DNA of 64,000 bases from an uncultured delta proteobacterium (GTDB lineage Bacteria; Myxococcota; UBA727; VGSZ01), in contig CAVZJB010000007.1 in assembly GCA_963775425.1 (NCBI GenBank), positions 64,001-128,000 on the forward strand, in the 5' to 3' direction. The number at the start of each line of letters is the position of its first letter. Positions within the stretch are counted from its first letter, which is position 1. The notes under the pieces were generated by a model. It was given only the letters and a program-made list of their open reading frames with translations, was not told where the DNA came from and did no database searches. The translations under genes were made by a program, and so were the position numbers. Positions 56,795-64,000 of the stretch are shown here, in pieces.

Positions 56795-58336
56795 TCACGC
56801 GTGCTCCTCGTCGACGTCGAATTGCACGCCTTGGGCGAGCGGCAGCGCGTCGGAGTAGTTCACGGTGCACGTCTGCCGGCGCATGTAGCTCTTCCACGCA
56901 TCGCTGCCCGCCTCGCGCCCGCCGCCGGTCTCCTTCTCGCCGCCGAACGCGCCGCCAATCTCGGCGCCCGACGTTCCGACGTTGACGTTGGCGATGCCGC
57001 AGTCGCTGCCCGCCGCCGACAAGAAGCGCTCCGCGTCCTTCATGCTCGCCGTGAAGATGGACGAGGAGAGCCCCTGCGGCACCTCGTTGTTCACGGCCAC
57101 CGCCTCCTCGAGCGACGACACCTCGATGACGTGGAGGATGGGCGCGAACACCTCCTCCTTCACGAGCGCCATGTCGCGCCGCGAGCGCACGAGCGCCGGC
57201 TCCACGTACGCGCCGCCGAGCGCGCGGCCGCCGAAGAGCACCTCGGCTCCCTCGGCCTTCGCCCGCTCGAGCGCGCGCATCATCATGGCGACGGCGTCCT
57301 CGTCGACGAGCGGGCCCATGAGCACGCCGTCCTCGAGCGGGTGGCCCACCTTCACCTGCGCGTACGCCTTGGACAGCCGCGCCGTCAGCGCCGCGGCGAC
57401 GTCCTTGTGCGCGAGCACGCGGCGCGTGGAGGTGCAGCGCTGCCCCGTGGTGCCGACGGCGCCGAAGGTGATGGCGCGGGTGGCGAGGGCGAGGTCGGCG
57501 TCGGGCATGACGACGACGGCGTTGTTGCCGCCGAGCTCGAGGAGCACGCGGCCGAAGCGCGCGTGCACGCGCTCCTGCACCGCGCGCCCCATGCGCGTGC
57601 TGCCCGTGGCCGACACGAGCGGGAAGCGGGCGTCGTCGGTGAGGGCGCGGCCGACGACGTCGTCGGCGCCGGCGACGAAGGCGAACGCGTCGGGCACGCC
57701 GAAGCGCGCGAGCACCGGCTGCGCGATGTTCATGCAGGCCGCGGCGGTGAGCGGCGCCTTCAACGAAGGCTTCCACAACACCGGGTCGCCGCACGCGAGC
57801 GCGACGAGCGCGTTCCACGACCACACCGCCGCGGGGAAGTTGAACGCGGTGATCACGCCGACGGGCCCGAGCGGGTGCCACTGCTCGAGCAGCCGGTGGC
57901 CGGGGCGCTCCGAGGGCAGCGTGCGCCCGCCCACCATGCGCGACAGGCCGCAGGCGTAGTCGGCGAGATCGACGACCTCCTGCACCTCGCCCTGCCCCTC
58001 GCTCTTGATCTTGCCGGTCTCGAGGGAGATGAGCGCGCCGAGCGGCTCCTTCTTGTCGCGGAAGGCGTCGCCGAGGGTCCGGCAGATCTCTCCGCGGCGC
58101 GGCGCAGGCATCTCTCTCAGCGTCGCGAACGCCGCCGCGGTGCGCGACGCCACCGCGTCGTAGTCCTCGCGCGTGGCGAGCCTCACGCGCGCGAGCACCT
58201 CGCCGGTGGCGGAGGTGCGCTTGTCGATGACGGCTCCGTGCGTGGGGAGCGAGGCGCCGTTGACGACGTCGGCGCCCGCGTCCACGAGGCCGAGCGCGGC
58301 GAGGACGTCCCGGGGGGTGGGCGAAGCGAGTGTCAT
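56795..58336 (-). CDS. amaB: ALDH7-family aldehyde dehydrogenase (alpha-aminoadipate semialdehyde / piperideine-6-carboxylate dehydrogenase)
   Basis: TAFNFP.AVW.WN, LELGGNN, GTTGQRCT, TSGAEIGGAFGGEKETGGGRE.GSDAWK.YMRRQT, LPLAQG. Confidence 0.9.
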   Translation of the reverse strand: MTLASPTPRDVLAALGLVDAGADVVNGASLPTHGAVIDKRTSATGEVLARVRLATREDYDAVASRTAAAFATLREMPAPRRGEICRTLGDAFRDKKEPLGALISLETGKIKSEGQGEVQEVVDLADYACGLSRMVGGRTLPSERPGHRLLEQWHPLGPVGVITAFNFPAAVWSWNALVALACGDPVLWKPSLKAPLTAAACMNIAQPVLARFGVPDAFAFVAGADDVVGRALTDDARFPLVSATGSTRMGRAVQERVHARFGRVLLELGGNNAVVVMPDADLALATRAITFGAVGTTGQRCTSTRRVLAHKDVAAALTARLSKAYAQVKVGHPLEDGVLMGPLVDEDAVAMMMRALERAKAEGAEVLFGGRALGGAYVEPALVRSRRDMALVKEEVFAPILHVIEVSSLEEAVAVNNEVPQGLSSSIFTASMKDAERFLSAAGSDCGIANVNVGTSGAEIGGAFGGEKETGGGREAGSDAWKSYMRRQTCTVNYSDALPLAQGVQFDVDEEHA

Positions 58337-58391
58337 GTCGGCGCGAGGCTACAGTGGGCCGGCCGGTCACGCCATGGTATCCACGACGTCG

Positions 58392-59348
58392 ATGAGCGAA
58401 TCCGGGCACGGCATCGGCCACATCATCCAGAGCCTCGCGGTGAACGTCGTCATCGCGCTCGCCAAGTTCGGCGCCGCCTTCTTCACGGGCTCGGGCGCGA
58501 TGCTGGCGGAGGCCATCCACTCCTTCGCCGACTGCGGCAACCAGGTGCTGCTCCTCGTCGGCGTGAAGCAGGCCAAGAAGCCTCCCGACGCCAAGCACCC
58601 GCTCGGCTACGGCAGGAGCGTCTACTTCTGGTCCTTCATGGTGGCGCTCCTGTTGTTCACGGGCGGCGGCGTGTTCTCCATCTACGAGGGCGCGCACAAG
58701 CTGCGCCACCCGGAGCCCGTCGATCACATCGGCTGGGCCATCGCCATCCTCGCGTTCTCGCTCTGCCTCGAGGGCTGGTCGACCTGGGGCAACATCAAGG
58801 ACATGAACAAGCGCCGGGGCAGCGTGGGCTTCCTTCGCTACCTGCAGGACACCAAGGACAGCGACCTCATCGTCGTGTTCGGGGAGAACGCCGCCGCGGT
58901 GCTCGGGTTGTTCTTCGCGCTCGCCGCGGTGGGCGCCTACGAGATCACCAAGGAGCAGCGCGCCGACGCGCTCGGCTCCCTCGCCGTCGGCGTCGTGCTC
59001 GTCGCCGTGGCCATCTTCCTGGCGAGCAAGGTGAAGTCGCTGCTCGTCGGTGAGAGCGCCGATCCGGAGATCGGCCAGGCCGCGCAGGACCTCGCCATCG
59101 AGGACCCGCGCATCGAGACCGTCATCAACTGCATCACCATGCAGCAGGGCCCGGGCGAGGTGCTCGTCGCGGTGAAGATCAAGTGCGAGCCCAACCTTAC
59201 GGCTCGCGACGTCAGCGCGCTGATCAACGACTTCGAGGCGCGCCTGCGTTCGCGGCGCCCCGAGTGCAAGTGGGTGTACGTCGAGCCCGATCTGCAGGAG
59301 TGGAAGGAGCGGGTGCCGCCGGGCTCCGCGACGGCCGCCACGGGGTGA
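58392..59348 (+). CDS. Cation diffusion facilitator family transporter
   Basis: AMLAEAIHSFAD.GNQ, HPLGYGR, LLVGESA, YVEPD. Confidence 0.92.
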   Translation: MSESGHGIGHIIQSLAVNVVIALAKFGAAFFTGSGAMLAEAIHSFADCGNQVLLLVGVKQAKKPPDAKHPLGYGRSVYFWSFMVALLLFTGGGVFSIYEGAHKLRHPEPVDHIGWAIAILAFSLCLEGWSTWGNIKDMNKRRGSVGFLRYLQDTKDSDLIVVFGENAAAVLGLFFALAAVGAYEITKEQRADALGSLAVGVVLVAVAIFLASKVKSLLVGESADPEIGQAAQDLAIEDPRIETVINCITMQQGPGEVLVAVKIKCEPNLTARDVSALINDFEARLRSRRPECKWVYVEPDLQEWKERVPPGSATAATG

Positions 59349-59395
59349 GCGCCCGCGGCGCGCCTGTGAGCAGCGCGCCGCGGGTCAGCCGCGGC

Positions 59396-59785
59396 TCACC
59401 AGCCGTGCTTCTTGGCCGGCTTGCCGGCGCCGGCGCCACCGCCGCCCCCACCACCGCTGCCGTCGCCGGCGCCCATGGCGCCCGCGCCTGCGGCCGCGCC
59501 TGCGCCTCCTGCGGCGGCCGCGGCGGCGTCCGCGCCGGCGGCGGCGGCGGCACCGGCGGCACCGGCGGCAGCGCCGGCAGCGTCACCGGCGGCGCCGGCG
59601 GCGTCCTTCGCGGCGTCGGCGGCCTTGGCGGCGGCGTCGCCGGCCTTGGCGGCGGCGTCGCCGGCGGCCTTGGCGGCGTCGTCCGCGGCCTTCATGGCGT
59701 CGCCGGTGTCGGCGGTCTTCTTGTCGTCAGGGCAGCCGACCGCGAAGAGGGTCAGAGCGGACACGGCGAGAGCGAGGCGAAGCAT
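59396..59785 (-). CDS. Small Ala/Gly-rich lipoprotein
   Basis: AVG-C lipobox; AGDAAAK repeats; basic end KPAKKHGW; GGAGGA SD. Confidence 0.7.
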   Translation of the reverse strand: MLRLALAVSALTLFAVGCPDDKKTADTGDAMKAADDAAKAAGDAAAKAGDAAAKAADAAKDAAGAAGDAAGAAAGAAGAAAAAGADAAAAAAGGAGAAAGAGAMGAGDGSGGGGGGGAGAGKPAKKHGW

Positions 59786-59834
59786 GCAGTCCTCCGTTCG
59801 GGGGAGTTTTTCCCCGGGGGCGGCCGAGTGTATT

Positions 59835-59852
59835 GCCGGATCCGGATCCGGC
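59835..59852. promoter_or_regulatory. Perfect 18-bp palindrome in a divergent promoter region
   Basis: GCCGGATCCGGATCCGGC equals its own reverse complement. Confidence 0.45.
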
Positions 59853-59877
59853 GCAAAATTGCCCCACCCCCCCGCGG

Positions 59878-61905
<2,028 letters not shown>

Positions 61906-61983
61906 CGCCGCCCGCGTCGTCGTCGTCGCCCGCGCGGGCCGCCGACCTCGCGCGCGTCCGCCGCATGCTACTGTCGTGTCTGC

Positions 61984-62835
61984 ATGACGACGATGCGACC
62001 CGCCGCACGCCGACTCCGGTGGATGCTCGCCGCCGGCGGGCTCGCCGGGTGCGCGCCGTCCCCCGAGCCGTCCTCCGAGCCGTCCTCCGAGGCGTCCGAG
62101 CCGGGGGCGCTGCCGGTGCTCGACGCGACGCCGGACGCGCCTGCCCCGTCTTGCGGCCCTTCCGTCGCCGGGGAGGCCGAAGACATCGGCACGCGCTGCG
62201 CCGGCAGCGCGCTCGACGAGCCCCTGTACGCGCTGCCCGTCGGAGACATTCATGCCGTCGGCGCCGGGCTTCCGGAGGGCACGGCGCTCGTCCCCGGGGC
62301 CGACGGCGTCGTCAGGCTCACGGGCACGGTGCCTCCGAGCGACAAGTTCCTCGACGCGTCCTTCGACGTCCGCGTGGACGCCGTCGCCGACGGCTGCGTC
62401 GAGAGCGCCGTCTTCTCCGTCGGCTTCGTCATCGACCCGTGCGACGGCGGCGACGGCAGTTGCGGCCCCTTCGCGCGCGCCGTCCCCGTCGGCGGTTTCT
62501 GCCTGCCGGATCACATCGACGCGGATACGCCGTTTGCCGTGGCCACCATCGCGGACGCCTGCCTCAGCTCCACCGCCACCGAGGTGCGCCCCGCGCTCTG
62601 CGACGTCCGGGTCCAGGGCCGCCACGTCACCGTCGACGGCGACGCCTGCGTCCGCGCGCGCAACGTCGATGCGTTCACGCAGGACTGCGGCGGCGGCGAC
62701 GGCGCGCCGTGCGAGGTGCCCGCGCTCCCCGCGGGCACCTACGACTTCGAGGCGGACGGCCGCGTGCTGCCCGTCACGGTCCCGTCGTCGACCACGGGCG
62801 GCGCGCGGTGCCTGTTCTGGGACGGACACCCGTGA
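61984..62835 (+). CDS. Cys-rich lipoprotein
   Basis: LAG-C lipobox, PSSE repeats, many Cys. Confidence 0.7.
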   Translation: MTTMRPAARRLRWMLAAGGLAGCAPSPEPSSEPSSEASEPGALPVLDATPDAPAPSCGPSVAGEAEDIGTRCAGSALDEPLYALPVGDIHAVGAGLPEGTALVPGADGVVRLTGTVPPSDKFLDASFDVRVDAVADGCVESAVFSVGFVIDPCDGGDGSCGPFARAVPVGGFCLPDHIDADTPFAVATIADACLSSTATEVRPALCDVRVQGRHVTVDGDACVRARNVDAFTQDCGGGDGAPCEVPALPAGTYDFEADGRVLPVTVPSSTTGGARCLFWDGHP

Positions 62836-64000
62836 GCACCGATCCCAAGAACCTCGTCGGCGTCACGCTGTCCGGGCGCTACAAGATCGAGCGCCCCATC
62901 GGCGAGGGCGGCATGGGCGCCGTCTTCGAGGCCACGCAGCTCTCGCTCGGGCGCCACATCGCCATCAAGGTCGTCAAGCCCGGCGACGGCGCCGACGGCG
63001 TCGTCCCCGACGAGAGCATCAAGCGCTTCGAGCGCGAGACCGAGGCCATCGCCAAGCTCGCGCACCCCAACATCGTCCAGGTCCTCGACGCCGGACGCGC
63101 CGACGACGGCACCACCTACCTGGCCATGGAGCTCCTCGAGGGCGAGAACGTGCGCCAGCTCGTGCGCCGCGAGCGCGCCGTCCCCACGCCGCGCGCGCTC
63201 GCCATCCTCGAGGACGTCGCCAGCGCCCTGGTCGCCGCCCACGGCGCGGGCGTCATCCACCGGGACCTCAAGGGCGAAAACGTCATGCTCGTCCGCGCCG
63301 CGGGCAAGGAGGAGACCGCCAAGGTCCTCGACTTCGGCGTCGCGAAGGTGACGTCGCAGACCGAGGCGCCGCCCGTCACCGGCTCCGGCTTCGTCGCGGG
63401 AACGCCCGGCTGCATCGCGCCCGAACAGATGCTCGGCAAGAGCGACGACCCGAGAAGCGACCTCTACTCCGTCGGCGTGCTCGCGTTCGAGATGCTCGCG
63501 GGCCGCGCCCCGTTCGTCGCGGGCTCCACCATGGAGCTCATGCTCAAGCACCTCTCCGAGCCCGCGCCCTCGGTGGCCGCCGTCGCGCGCCAGAGCGGCT
63601 TCTCGGTGCCCGCGCCCGTCGACGCGCTCGTCGCCTCGCTGCTCGAGAAGGATCCCGAGCGCCGGCCCCGCGACGCCCGCGCGTTCCTCGACGTCGTGCG
63701 CGGGCTCCGCGACGCCGACCGCGCCACCATCGCCGACGTCCCCATCGGCGGGCTCCCCACGCCCGGCGGCTTCCCCGGCCTGCCCACGCCGGAGCAGCAG
63801 ATGACGGTCGGCTCGCGGGTCGTCGCCACGGTGGAGCCGCCGACGGCGCCGGCGCATCCGGCCCCGCCGACGTCGCCGGCGTCGTCGACGTCGCCGACGA
63901 CGTCGATGCCGTCGGTGACGGCCGCTTGCGCGCCGCAGTTGAAGCGGGGGCGGCCGCTGCTGCGGCTCGCGCTCACGGTGGCCGCCGCCTTCGCTGCCTT
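62832..64000 (+). CDS. Hanks-type Ser/Thr protein kinase (3' end outside window; not in ORF track)
   Basis: GTG overlaps the upstream stop; RYKIERPIGEGGMGAVF, IAIK, HRDLKGEN, DFG, APEQ, SDLYS. Confidence 0.93.
   Translation, partial: MSTDPKNLVGVTLSGRYKIERPIGEGGMGAVFEATQLSLGRHIAIKVVKPGDGADGVVPDESIKRFERETEAIAKLAHPNIVQVLDAGRADDGTTYLAMELLEGENVRQLVRRERAVPTPRALAILEDVASALVAAHGAGVIHRDLKGENVMLVRAAGKEETAKVLDFGVAKVTSQTEAPPVTGSGFVAGTPGCIAPEQMLGKSDDPRSDLYSVGVLAFEMLAGRAPFVAGSTMELMLKHLSEPAPSVAAVARQSGFSVPAPVDALVASLLEKDPERRPRDARAFLDVVRGLRDADRATIADVPIGGLPTPGGFPGLPTPEQQMTVGSRVVATVEPPTAPAHPAPPTSPASSTSPTTSMPSVTAACAPQLKRGRPLLRLALTVAAAFAA

Overview
Very GC-rich, gene-dense bacterial chromosome segment with about 55 genes. 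It is most likely Myxococcota, inferred from an MXAN_5187-type C-terminal domain, a DUF4388 protein, two Hanks Ser/Thr kinases, many Cys-rich lipoproteins and a (GE)n tail. I saw no rRNA, tRNA, CRISPR array, transposase or phage gene. Most long ORFs in the supplied track are GC-rich shadow frames. Recognisable content: a MoxR ATPase and a complete DUF58/BatA-E operon, RseP, a rhomboid-TPR protease, a TonB-dependent receptor, both subunits of an archaeal-type DNA topoisomerase VI (in two convergent operons), YhhQ, 3-hydroxyanthranilate dioxygenase, an ABC-2 exporter, a sirtuin, ALDH7, a CDF transporter and RecQ. Best candidates for something new: (1) a splicease-like radical SAM/SPASM enzyme facing a Zn-ribbon lipoprotein whose lipobox Cys is the X of an X-Y-G motif (LMA-CYGLPP); (2) a DUF1338 (HglS-like) enzyme fused to a PilZ domain beside ALDH7; (3) a 14-bp tandem repeat that forms a chain of stop/start-overlapping minigenes between rseP and a ferritin-like gene; (4) the split topo VI, with a low-complexity insertion in subunit B and a degenerate cyclase coupled to subunit A. 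I also see many apparently leaderless or bidirectional promoters, two broken genes and one small ORF missing from the track. All family calls come from recognising motifs by eye; no database search was run.
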